Source: Azolla caroliniana (Eukaryota > Plantae > Polypodiophyta). Taken from it: a stretch of 64,000 nt of DNA. The notes below the pieces were generated by a model. That model saw only the letters and a program-made list of their open reading frames with translations. It was not told the origin of the DNA and ran no database searches. The position numbers were made by a program, and so were the translations under genes. The stretch covers positions 7,130,001-7,194,000 of the forward strand of contig JBHGNT010000012.1 in NCBI GenBank assembly GCA_043228905.1, written 5' to 3'. This document shows positions 52,177 to 64,000 of this stretch, piece by piece. The first letter of the stretch is position 1; each line of letters begins with the position of its first letter.

Positions 52177-53916
52177 TCTTGTAAAGAATCAAGAGATGGA
52201 TTCTGTGCAGTGGAATAAATATGAGTTGTGAGTGTGTATGAGAGAGAGAGAGCGAGAGAGAGACGAGGAGTAAGACACAAAGAATACGCAAGTTAAAGTA
52301 TATTAACAAAGGAGAAAGACTCGACCACATACAAGGTGGGAGGAGGGTGCTTTATATAGTCATCCTCTCTCTTCATTAACTACAAGACTCATGGAGCATG
52401 GGGAATGTGAAAGCTCATAAGTTGTGTCATAGAATATGATTCTATGACTCATACTAAATGCAAGAATACAAAGTGGTGACATAATGGTGACTCTTGACCG
52501 TTGGAGTGTCTATTCACTCTCAAGGCGAGTTCACACACTAGACCAAGTTGAGCTTGATTCTCAACACACCCCCTCAAGCTCAAGTCGGGTTGGTTTCAGA
52601 CGGTATCCGAAATCCGCTTCGACTCGCGTCCCGTAGTCCGCGTCGACTCGCATTTATGCGGAGTTGTGGAATCTGTGGTCCAGCTTGCGTTGTGTGTAGT
52701 TGCGAAGTCTATGCTTCGGCTTGCGTCTTTCTTCGCGGCTTTGCGCGGTAGATCGGCTCTTCGTGGCTTCGTTGCGCGGTTGCGGAATACCGTTATTGCG
52801 TAGTGTCTTCAATACTCCCCCTCAAGCTTGGCAGGTCAGGGATCGTCAATCCGAGATCGGTCATGAATTGCCATAGCTTGTTAGCTCCTAAGGCTTTAGT
52901 GAAGATGTTGGCCATTTGAAGATTGGTGCTAATGTGTTGTAGGTCGATATTGCCAACTAGAACGTGCTCTCAGATGAAGTGATAGTGCACTTCAATGTGC
53001 TTTGTCCGCGCGTGGAACACTGGGTTCCGAGCCAGATAGATACTGCTCATGTTGTCGTAGTAAAGGGAAGTCGGATCCTTGATGGGTACGCCCAGATCCT
53101 TGAGTATCCTTTTGAGCCATACGGCTTCACATGTGGCCACTATCGCGCCCCTGTATTCCGCCTCTGTGCTCGAAAGAGCGACGGTTGGTTGCTTTTTGCT
53201 GCTTTAGGATATTGCTCCGCTGCCTCTGTTTGCATGAATTGGCTAAGGAGACCGACCGGATAACTGAGATCGGGTCGTGTGATCGTGAGGTAGATGAGAC
53301 TCCCGATGAGTTGCCGAAACTAAGTTGGCTCACACGCTTTGGTGCCGGAGTTTGCATCTATTTTGAGATTGCGATCGAGCGGGGTTGCCGTGGATTTGCA
53401 CTCAGCCATACCGAACTTGTATAACAAGTTGAGGATGTAGTGCCGTTGAGAGATCATGATTCCGGCCGGAGTTCGAATTACCTCGATGCCGAGGAAGTAG
53501 AGGAGCTCCTTCATGTCTGTCATCTCGAACTTTTCGGAAAGGAGGGATTTGACCTTATTGATTTCGACGAGATGCTCACTGCCAATGACTAGGTCATCCA
53601 CATATAAGATGATGAAGATCGGACTTGCGAAATCGCTTTGTATGTAGAGGGAGTTGTCCGATTTTGACATACGGAAGCCGATTTGATGAAGATATTGCAT
53701 TATCTTCGAATGCCAAGCACGCGGTGCTTGCTTGAGGCCGTAGAGTGGCTTCTTGAGTCGGCATACAACTTTTGGATGGGTGCTCGAGTTGAAGCCGAGT
53801 GGTTGTATCATGTGCACCTCCTCTTCTAATTCGCCTTGTAGAAAGGCGTTCTTGACGTCCATTTGATGGAGGTGCCACCCTTTTGCCGCGGCAAGCGCAA
53901 TTACGGTCCGCACCGT

Positions 53917-56900
53917 TGTCGCGTTGTTACGTGCGTGCGTGTAGAAGAGCGGGACCACGGGGGTCTTGGACTAGGGAGTGGAGGAGAAAGATTAGCTCAA
54001 GAGGAGAAGAGAACGAATATGACATTATGATAGAAGAAGAAGATGCAATCAAGATACTCAACAAGAAGTTCTATTAAGAAATGAATGATTACAACAAATG
54101 GTGGCCGCCATGGCCGCACCAAATGACTATATGAAAAACCCTAAAGGAAAACCCAAGAAGAAAACCCTAACCGAAACCCTAACCCTAAAACGAAATGGGA
54201 AGAAGTAGAACCCTCGATTAAGTGGTATACCTTACTCACACAAAATAGGCAACCCTTACACAAAGGGCGTTCCCTTCCTTTTATAGAACAAGGAAGGGGA
54301 TGCGTTACAATGTGGGACAATCCCGACTTACATGGGATCGTCTGTCCCCGACTTGACAACTCTTCGGCGTCATAAAGGCGCCCTCGATATTCACACTAAA
54401 TGTACACGGGTGTGTACACACGCAGCACCCCGCCGATGTAGCCAATGTTTCCCGGTTTCCGCTTGTGGACGAAAATCTTCACGACATCCGCCCCCACCTA
54501 ACCGCAAATCCTCTGGTATGTGCCAAAACATAGGGGAGAGAACACGAGATTTTCGGCCACGACGATTGACCGAGTCCTTAGCGTCCTCGTGGGCCCGCCC
54601 GACTTTGTCTTCCACTTCGAGCAAGACCACCCCGTCCACACGAACCACTGCCGCCTTCCGGCCCACCATCTTCGCCGAATGGTCTCGAACCGTTGGCGCC
54701 ATCCGATCCGCCACACTTGACGATGTTCGCCGAGTCGTTGCCTCCACCCGATCCGCCACGTCCACCATGGGTCCTTGAACCACCGACTACATTCGACCTG
54801 CCGTATCCGATGCCCGTGCTTTCCTCCCCGTTCGGTCCTCTCGAACGCCGTCGCCGACCCGGTTGCTCTTCCTTTGTCCGCCTCGTATATCCCCCGGATG
54901 CGTTCCCGGTCGCATGCCGGATTCCGCCCTTTGCGTGCCGCACACCTCGGCGTGCCGACTTTCTCCGCTCCGCGCTTGCCTTCCGTAGGCTTTCCCCGTA
55001 TGTCGATGTTGCCCTCTGAATGCGTGCTCGTGCTTCAGTCCTTCGATGACCCCATCACGCGTTTTTCGCTTTTCCCTTTTTCGCCGTGCTCTCTCGTAGT
55101 AGAGCGTATCGTCATCCCGACCTCCGTGTCGGTGTCCCTCGAGGCTCTCGTTATCGCCTCGCCTCGACTTGCGCCCTCTTGGCCCGCTTGGCCTTGTATG
55201 CCCTCCGGGAAGCCGTCGCGCTTTCTCTTCTCGGTGTGTGCCCCGTTGTTCTCCGCGCATCTCCTCCGTTTCCCTAGATACGACTCTCCGCTCATGCCGA
55301 TCGCGCTCGGCCCATGTCGTCAATCTTGGTGTTTCGCCGCGCCATCCTTCGTCCCGCGTTTGCCTCTTGAAGGCTTGATCCGACCGTCATCGTCGGTCAA
55401 TCGTTGTCGCCCGTCCGTCGTATGCATGCTTGTGTCTTGGCCCTCCACTGGCCGTATTGCATGCGTCTCGTGTCGTGCTTCTGCCGTAGACCCGACCCCC
55501 GCGTCGGTCTCCAACTCCTCGCCGCCACCCACCGCTTCTTCGTTCTCCTTTCGATCCGCGACTACCGATGCCTCACGGGTAGGTGTGGAGGGTTCCTCCC
55601 ACTCTCGGTTCACCAGCCGAGTCCTCGCCTCTCAAAGGCTCAATCGGTCCACCGTTTCCGGTCACTCGTTGACGCTCTCTCGGATGCATGCTCGTTCTTG
55701 GGCCCTTCACCGACCGTAGTGCATGCTTCTTGTTACACCCTTCATCCGCCGTAGACCCGACCTCCGCGTCGACCACTTCTTCCTTTGTCACCATAGCCCG
55801 TTCCGACCCGAGCTCGCCATCTTGGACCCGCTCGTCCATCATCTCATACCGGATACCCGCTCCGATAACTTTGTCCGCTTCGGCCTCCGACTCCTTGCCG
55901 CCACCCGCCGTCTCTCCGGTCTCACGTTGATCCGCAACCGCCGAAGTCTCTAGAATGGGCGTGGAAGGTCCCTCTCGCTCTCGGTCTTCTGGCAAGCCGT
56001 GATCACCGTGCCCACTAGGCCTCCTTCTCACTCTCATCGGCTCCCACCGTAACCGTACCCGGCCGGCTACGAATCAATCAAACAATCCCGGTCTTGCTGG
56101 CTTCCTTCGGTTCGTGCTCGGTTGACCGGCCCCCGCTTCACTCTTCTTCCGCTCCGCCTCCCGGTCGGGTCGGATTACCGACCGGCTCATCTTTCGGTCG
56201 GGTCGGTTCCCGACTCGCTCCTCGATGCCGTTCCGGACCTCCCCTTCGGTCTTTTCGCATGTGCCCACTCCGGGCCTCTCATCCTCACGGCCACCGCCCA
56301 TCTCCCCGGTCTTATGTCCGCGCTCGGGCGCAACCGCCGAAGTCTCCGGCCCCGGTGTCGAGGGATCTCGCCTCCGTCCGCTACAAACCTCCTCTTCGTC
56401 ATTTCGGTTGCCCACCTTGCCGCCGCCACCGTCCGTCTCTCTTGGTCTCACACCGGCTCTCAGGCCGGTTGCCAGAGTCTCTAGGACCGGTGTGTGGAAG
56501 GTCGCGGCACCGCCGCTCGTCTCCTCTTCTTCCTCGATTTTGCAAGCCTCGAGTATGCTCGCGAAATCCTCGTAGAACGTTTCGGCCAACCGTGTCCCGA
56601 AACTTTCGCCCACTCTCGAAGTGGCGTCCATTGCTCCATAGATATCGGCCTCATCTATGGCCGTCCTCTTTCAACAAGTCGAGAGGGTCGCTCGCTCCGC
56701 ACCCTCTCCCACGTCACCGCCGTCGTGGTCGCCCGCCTTGCCGCCGCCACCGCCCGTCACTCTAGGTCTCACACCGGCTCTCGGGCCGGTTGCTGGAGTC
56801 TCTAGGCCCGGTGTGCGTAAGGTCGCGGCACCGCCGCTCGTCTTCTCCCCGCTCGATGTTTCAGGCCTCCATGCCCGAACTCCCTCATATCCGCTTGAAT

Positions 56901-58204
56901 CGGCGATCGCCGCCTCACCGTCCCCGACCTCGTCCTTGGTCGATCTTTCTCCGCATGTCGAGAGGGTGGCTCGCTCCACACCCTCTCCTGTGGTACCGAT
57001 GTACCATTCTCTTTCGGCCTCCTCAACCTCCGATCGCCTCCGGCCCGACTCCATAATAAGCCCTTCTTCGGCTTCGATTTTCCCCTTCACAAGCTCGCAT
57101 GCCTCCCGTATTAGCGCTTCTAGGTCGAGCTCCTCCGAACCGTTTTGCGTTGAGCTCTCTTCCGGCGGTAGTGCGTACTCAATCGCCGCTCTCTCTTCTC
57201 CACCGTCCGCGGGCCATGTTGTTGTTGACCGCTCCCCATCGGGTTGCCCGCATACCCACTCCGGTTTCGCGTATCAGTACGCTTCCAATAGAGCTCCCTC
57301 GAAGGACTCCCATGACTCGTGCACTTCTCGTAGCTCCTTGACGTCCTTGTGCACCGATACGGCCGCCACTCGCGGAAAATACTCTAGTCGCATCGCCTCG
57401 TCCACGCCCCTTTTCGCCATCTCGGCCTTGTAGGCTCCCAAAATTTTTAGGACCTCATTCCCATTGAACCGGCCGACTCGATCGACCACCCTTTCGACGG
57501 CTTGTTGAGCCGCATCTCGCTTCGCCATCTTCCGTCCGGCTTCCATCACGATCTTTGCCATCATCTCCTTGAAGTCAAAGTCTTCTTCCATCTCCATGAT
57601 CCCTTGCCGCCCTTCACGTCGGGTTCACCAAATATGTCGCGTTGTTACGCGTGTGCGTGTAGAAGGGCGGGACCACGGGGGTCTTGGACAAGGGAGTGGA
57701 GGAGAAAGATTAGCTCAAGAGGAGAAGAGAACGAATATGACATTATGATAGAAGAAGAAGATGCAATCAAGATACTCAACAAGAAGTTCTATTAAGAAAT
57801 GAATGATTACAACAAATGGTGGCCGCCATGGCCGCACCAAACGACTATATGAAAAACCCTAAAGGAAAACCCAAGAAGAAAACCCTAACCGAAACCCTAA
57901 CCCTAAAACGAAATGGGAAGAAGTAGAACCCTCGATTAAGTGGTATACATTACTCACACAAAATAGGCAACCCTTACACAAAGGGCGTTCCCTTCCTTTT
58001 ATAGAACAAGGAAGGGGATGCGTTACAATGTGGGACAATCCCGACTTACATGGGATCGTCTGTCCCCGACTTGACTACTCTTCGGCGCCATAAAGGCGCC
58101 CTCGATATTCACACTAAATGTACACGGGTGCGTACACACGCAACACCCCGCCGATGTAGCCAATGTTTCCCGGTTTTCGCTTGTGGACGAAAATCTTCAC
58201 AACA
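53917..58204 (-). mobile_element. Non-autonomous tRNA-Trp-primed LTR element (copy C) with decayed gag-like ORF
   Basis: 570-bp LTRs 53917-54486 and 57635-58204 (~12 differences by eye); TSD CCGT both sides, restoring host [10 protein letters not shown]; PBS 57613-57630; PPT 54487-54499. Confidence 0.95.
54500..57597 (-). pseudogene. Gag-like ORF of copy C, with stops, frameshifts and repeated tail modules
   Basis: FNGNEVLKILGAYKAEM...WESFEGALLEAY matches copy B; repeated P.LET.A...RETGE.GGG modules. Confidence 0.7.
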
Positions 58205-61200
58205 CCGTCGTCATCTTTGCCACTGGGGCAAAGGTCTCTTCGTAGTCGATGCCGTGCGTTTGTGCATAGCCTTTCGCTACGAGTCACGCTTTGTAGTGGT
58301 TGACGGAACCGTTGGCGTTGTACTTCACTTTGTAAATCCATCTGCATCCAATTGCCTTTTTGTGTGGTGAGGTGGGAACGAGATCCCACGTCTCGTTCTT
58401 GCGTAGTGTCTGCATCTCCTCGTTCATGGCTTCGATCCATCGTGGATCCTTGGCTGCTTCGGAAAATGTTTCCGTCTCACGTAGTGTCGCCACCTTCATC
58501 ATAAAGGCATAGTGATATGCCATGTAGTCGTTGTAGCCGAATCGGCTGACCAGATTCTTTTCACGGGTGGAACGACGAAGCTTTTCATTTGCAGAGATGA
58601 GGGCTTTGTTAGCTCCGATTGGTACATCGAAGCTGCCAAACTCATTGTCGAGTGAGTGAGTCAACTCGTCGTCGTCGAAGCAATCGTCTTCGTATTCCAA
58701 CATTTTCGCCTTGCCTTTGTCCATCTTTGGGCTAGGCCGTGATGTGCTTTGATCGCTCAGGGGCTCTTGTGGCCCACTTAGCCTTGTGGTAATCGGGCTA
58801 TCTTTGAACATGTCTTCGAGGCGATCTCCACCTTCTCGCTCTTGTTCGGTCGGTTCCGCGTCGATCGGGGTTGAAGTCGGAATCTTCTCTGGTGCATACC
58901 AGGATGCGGATTTCTCGAACACGACGTCTCGACTTACTTGTACATTTCGGGTAGATGGGTTGTAGCATTTGTACCCTTTTTGTTCGAGTGAGTATCCTAC
59001 GAGGATACATTTCTCCGACTTTGGATCTAGCTTTTGCTGCTTTTCGTCGGGTATGTGCACATATGCTATCGCGCCGAATATCCGGGTGTGCAATAAGTCC
59101 GTCTTCTTTCCGAATTATTTTTCGTGCGGAGTGACATTCGTGCACTTCAGATGTTGTGCACCGGTTCATTAGGTAGACGACCATATTTGCAGCTTCGGCC
59201 CAATATGACTTGGGCATATGCTTCTCGTTCATCATGGCCCGCGCTACTTCGAGGATGTGCCGATTTTTGCGCTCAGCTACTTTGTTTTGTTGTGGAGTGT
59301 GTAGGTAAGTGAATTCTCGCCGAATTCCTTCCTTTCGGAGATACGCCGTGAAATCGTTTGAGAAGTACTCCTTGCCGCCATCCGGTGGAAGGCATCGTAC
59401 ATGACGAGCAATGGCTTTTTCGACTTCGTTTTTAAACCTTTGGAAGTGTCCGAACACTTCGCTCTTTTGACGCATCGGATAGAGCCACGTGTGCTTGGAG
59501 AAGTCGTCGATGAAGAGCATGTAATATCGGCATCCGCCGAATGTAGCCGTCTGCGCCGGTGCCCATACGTCGGAATGGACTACGTCGAGTAGACCTTTGC
59601 TCACGTTCTGCTCTTTCGGGAATGGCTGTCGGTGTTGCTTGCCAAATTGGCATGCTTCTCATACACCTTCAATCTCCTTCTCTTTGAATGTCGGGAGTCC
59701 GATGATGACTCCTTTTGATTTCATTGCTTTGAGTTTGTTGAGATTGATGTGGCCGATTCGCTTGTGCCAAAGCTCTATATCGGAGTTGGCTTTCGTGCTT
59801 TTTGTGAACATGGCGGATTTCATCTCGTGTGAATCGAGAATGAACATCCAGGCCTCTCTTCTTCCGCGCGCGATGATTCGGCCCTCTTTTTCGATGAAGC
59901 ACCCTTCTTGGTCAAATCGTACTTGCATCCCTTGCTCAACCATTTGGCCGACCGAAACCAAATTCTTCGTGATGGTGGGAACATGCAAGACATTTTTAAT
60001 GTATGTTTGCTTACCTCTTTTGCCGAATGGAACATTGCCGATGTGCCGAATCGGGTGCGTAGTGTCATCTCCGGTTTTGACATAACCGGGTTGCTCCGGC
60101 TCTCGAAGTTCGAGAAACCATTCTTTATGAGATGTCATATGGTTTGAGGCTCCGGAGTCAACAAACCATAAGTCCTTCGGATTGAGGGCACTAGTTGAGG
60201 TAGAGGCCGATATAGAGTTTGCTCTATGTTTCATCATGAACATTCCACCACGGTCGGAGTTGTGTGCATACATTCCACCACGATCTTCGTAGTCGGAGTT
60301 GTGCTCGTACATTCCGCTATACTCTTCGTAGTCGGAATTGTGCGCGTAATTCTTGAGTTGTTGGCGTGTGGAAGACGATTCGCACATCTTCTTTCGACAC
60401 TCTTCTTCGTGGTGGCCGAGCTTTCAACAATATCTGCATTCAGTTGCGTTTTGACGGCTCGGGCTGGAGTGGAAGCTCCCCCTTCTTGCGAAGGTTCCTC
60501 GTTGGCTTCCGTTTTGCGGCCAAAATTGGAAGTTGTTGTCGTAGGTCGGACCTCGTCCGCCTTGTCCATGGCCGAATCGGCCTCTTGCTCATCCGCGTCC
60601 TCTTCCTCCGTTCGAGTGCGTGTAGAGCATGTGGCCTTCCGACTCATTGCTCCTTGTACGCACGTGGTTTTCTTCGACCAATAGCATTGATTGGAGCTCG
60701 AAGGAGGGAGATTTCTCCCTTGCTAGAACGGCGGTTCGCATCGCGCCGAACCGTGGTGCGAGGCCGCCGAGGCATATTTGCACCATCTCATCATCATCGA
60801 TATTTACGCTTATCGAGCCGAGAAAGTCGCAAAGCTCCTTGATCTTCAAGGTGTATGTCGTGATGGACATGTCCCTTTGTTGAGTGTTGTTCAACTCTTG
60901 GTGGAGTTGAAGCCTTCTTGCGGTTGTGTTCGCCGCGAAAATCTTTCGTAGATTTTCCCATGCCTCTTTCGGCGTCTTGGCTTCGCAAATGTAGTCGAGC
61001 ATGTGATCATGAACACATGTTGCCAACCAATACATCATGAGGCTTGCGGCTTGCTCCCATGTTGCGTATCCGGGAGCCGTTTCGACGGGTCAGTCTTCGT
61101 GCGCTCCTTTGATGTAGCTCCAATAGCCTTGTTCGACAAGGCTATTTGTTTCTGGCTGCCTTATGGTTGAAGCAATGTTCGGTGGCCTGACGACTAGTGG

Positions 61201-61807
61201 ATGTGGGACGTGTAACTATCCGATTCTGAAACGAATGCCAATGGTCTCAATGACCTAATTACTGAGAGAGAATTCTGGTAACCATCGTAAGGTGATTAGG
61301 TCTACTGGTTTTCATCGGGGCGGTCTTATGAGATGATTAGAGTGTATCTCATCACATTCCAGATCTATCAAATAGTCGATGTAAAAGAGTAATGGATATG
61401 GAGAGTTTGACTCATTGAGAGTACGACGCAGAAAGTCAAGTCTTGCGATACTTCTCAAGCCAGCCCTTCGTGGTGCTTGACGGAATTGTCTAAAGTTGTT
61501 CTCGGCTCTGGTAACAGAGTTCGCTCCGAAGCCGTCTTGGCTTTTTTTTGGCCCTCACCACCTCATGAAGACGAATGAATGGGCCGCATAGATATTCTTA
61601 TGCTAATCTTCTCGAAAGCGGCGCAGTAGTAGCATCTAGGTGTGCAAATGGTTGTAGCGGGGGCTGGGTCAGTCAGATCATCCGCAGGTGCACTTGAGTG
61701 GAAGTTATTGATCTGGAATTCTTTCCTATAGAGACTTGGCCGGCCGGGAAGAACCGGTTGATAACCCATGGCTTGCTTGCTTGCTTGCTTGACGGCTGAA
61801 GAAGCGG

Positions 61808-64000
61808 TGTCGTGAAGATCTGTCACTAGGCGCGGATCGCGAGGCGGAACCGCCGGGGTTCTGGACCGGAAGGACTCGAAGTTTGCACAAGCTTTAGCGG
61901 GAAAGGAATAAAGATAGATTGAAAGAGAGAGAGATTGAGATAAGATAGAGCGCTTGATTTTAGATTGAGAGAGAGATTAAGAACTCTTGACTTTAGATTT
62001 CAAGAACAAGGTATATCATCCAAAGGATAACGAATTTTCTTCTTAATATTAATTTTAATTTAAAGTACAAAGTTTTCTTTTTTTTTCCAAGAAAAATACC
62101 CCCCATTGATCTTTTTCATTTCCTCTTTTATAGATGGCCTCATGCATTTGAGGGTTCAAGACATCCATAAAATGCATGTTTGTCATTTGGCGCTCATGTA
62201 TTACATGTGGTGCATGATAACCATGTCACTCATTTTAGCTCTCATGTATGAGAATTTATATGTAAAAGTACAATGATAGAAATATAATTTTAGCTAAATA
62301 TCTTGGCTTAGTGGTAAGCCAATTGACTTCTAACTTGGAGGTGCAAGGTTCGAATCCTTACTTTCCCTCCTTGTATATGTATATATGTATATATATTTAT
62401 ATATTTATTTATCTAGTCGCTAGATGCCGTTGCCGGATGCTGCCGGTTACCGCCTCGCCAGCGCCGTCGCCGGTTGCCGATGGCTGCCCCCGGTTATCGG
62501 TGGCCGCCGCCTCGCTGGTGCACCGCCGGATGTCGGTTCCAATGGCTCGCCAACTCCGTCGGATCACCGGTTGCTGGTGTGCCACCGTCGCTTTGCCGGT
62601 TGCCGGTGGCCAAAACCTTTACGAGTGCTAGGCCACCTCCACTCTTAGTTCAAGTTACCTTGAACTCTATATGCTCTACACATAAACACAAAGATAATAG
62701 CTTCTGCTCTACCTTATATATGATGAGAGCCGTATTTGTCGTGCCTATGTGGGATATCTCACAATTTTCTCTTTTCCTTTCACAAACTTTATACCCTCAT
62801 ATTTTGACATCTAGTTGTCCGTTTCTCATGTAATAAAGTGCATTCGAAAGCTCTTGAAGGCCTCCATCATTTTGTAATTAGATATTAAACTTATTTAAAA
62901 TGTTATTTTCACTATTGTTGTTTTATGTGATTCATACTTGATTTTGTACGTTTTATGTGATTTTCACACCATTGCCGAAAATCTTCACGACATCCACCTC
63001 CATCAAACCGCATGTCCTCCGATACGTGCCAAGAAGAGAGAAAGTGAGATTTCGGAAATGGTGATCAACATGACTCCTCCACGTCGAGCATGTCCTTTCC
63101 TTTGCACTCGAATCATGGTTGCCAGCCAATCCACCATATCATTCGTCTTTTCTTTGCTTTACCATGACTTGTTGTCATGGCCCCTTGCTCCCTTCTTGAG
63201 TGTTTCCTTCGTGAGGATAATCGTTTAAGTCTCATAAATGTTCCACCTTTGTCTCGATCGTCTCCTTGCTCAAGGCACTTGGACTCATTCACAGTAGTGT
63301 CTTTGATAGATGTTTTGATCACATCCGTCAAATCCTCATGGCTCGCTTGGCCATCGCCATCCCTTGCCATATTTTGCGCAAATTCTTCGTTGCACACATA
63401 AGCTTTAACCCTTACTTCTTCCCCGTCATTATCCTTCTCTTGGGTCTTACATCGGTTAAAGCCCAAGTCTCCGGAAAGAGTGTGGAGGGACCCATACATT
63501 TCTGTCGTTTGCCTTTTTCGTGCCGCAGTTAGCCATTTCCATCTTAATGTTTCTTGAATCAGCATTGATCTTTGCTTCCTTGCCGTCGTTGCGCGAATTA
63601 GCATTGACCTTTGCTTCCTCGCCGCCAGGTTCCGCCTTTTGCTGCATGTATTAGTTTTAGCCTTCGGTTCTTCGCCATCACCTCCCGTCTCTTGGGTCTT
63701 ACATCAGTTCTCGGATGCAATTGCCCAAGTCTTTGGAAAGAGTGTGGAGGAAATTTGGCCGTCGTCATTGTTTGTACTATCTTTGTCCTTCTCTTCCTTT
63801 TTGCCACCATCCGTCTCTCCGGTCTCACGTTGGTTTTCGGACACAACCGCCAAAGTCTCTAGAATTAGTGGGTTGGATTCCTTAGTATTACCTTCCTCCA
63901 TCATTTCTTCCATAGCCTCCTTCTCGGCTATCCCTTCATCATATACATCGACTTTGATCTTTGTTGTCTCTCCTCCATCTTCCGTCTCTTCGGTCTCACG
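61808..64000 (-). mobile_element. Member of the same family (copy D): 3' LTR plus internal 3' region, continuing beyond the window
   Basis: LTR 61808-62992 with 12-bp terminal inverted repeat TGTCGTGAAGAT/ATCTTCACGACA; flank GCGG; PPT at 62993-63003; PLILETLAVVSENQRETGE and IWWIGWQ match copy B. PBS lies outside the window. Confidence 0.88.
62300..62367 (+). ncRNA. tRNA-like A-box/B-box cassette inside LTR D
   Basis: TGGCTTAGTGGTAA ... aagGTTCGAATCCtt; canonical boxes; shares tggaggtgcaaggttc.aatc with the cassette in copy B. Confidence 0.62.

Larger units (their letters stand above)
51874..61140 (-). mobile_element. 5'-truncated Ty1/copia with the nested Trp-primed element C
   Basis: 3' LTR ~51874-52566; PPT 52567-52575; RH/RT 52830-53916 and 58205-58500; integrase HSDVW (59604-58798); protease WFVDSGASNHM; gag to ~61140. 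Confidence 0.9.

Noticed and set aside
54135-54190. Interstitial telomere (AAACCCTA repeats)
   Set aside because: Only a few irregular telo-box-like motifs inside LTR C, duplicated with the LTR.
54332-57433. Many long plus-strand ORFs (314, 258, 223 aa)
   Set aside because: Antisense shadows of the GC-rich interior of element C, with no recognisable domains.
61141-61807. Possible gene or LINE fragment between the copia and element D
   Set aside because: Multiple stops and no motif I can identify; left unassigned.
62300-62367. Functional tRNA genes here and at 23688, 27265, 29914, 38153, 13997
   Set aside because: Only the A/B boxes and part of the T-arm are kept; acceptor and anticodon stems do not form convincingly.

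Overview
Eukaryotic land-plant genomic DNA (spliceosomal introns; AT-rich genes among GC-richer TEs; a non-seed plant is my guess, not established). Host genes: a multi-exon FAN/NSMAF-like PH(GRAM)-BEACH-WD40 gene (minus strand, ATG 10806, running off the left edge), a 5-exon tropinone-reductase-like SDR (minus, 46358-42683) and an intronless 528-aa orphan ORF (32566-34152). Most of the rest is nested transposons: several Met-primed Ty1/copia elements, solo LTRs, a long-TIR element in a (TATGTG)n array and an RTEX-like LINE end. The main unexpected signal is a family of five related LTR insertions (17142, 23137, 27127, 53917, 61808). The two complete copies are Gag-only and carry an 18-nt tRNA-Trp PBS. 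Target duplications are 4 bp, and all five target sites are centred on CG (ACGT, ACGG, GCGT, CCGT, GCGG). LTR interiors differ widely, and some carry an antisense tRNA-like A/B-box cassette and repeated covarying hairpins. A separate curiosity is a 147-bp fold-back element built from two copies of one LTR end, with its own 5-bp TSD. All coordinates were read by eye; no database searches were run.
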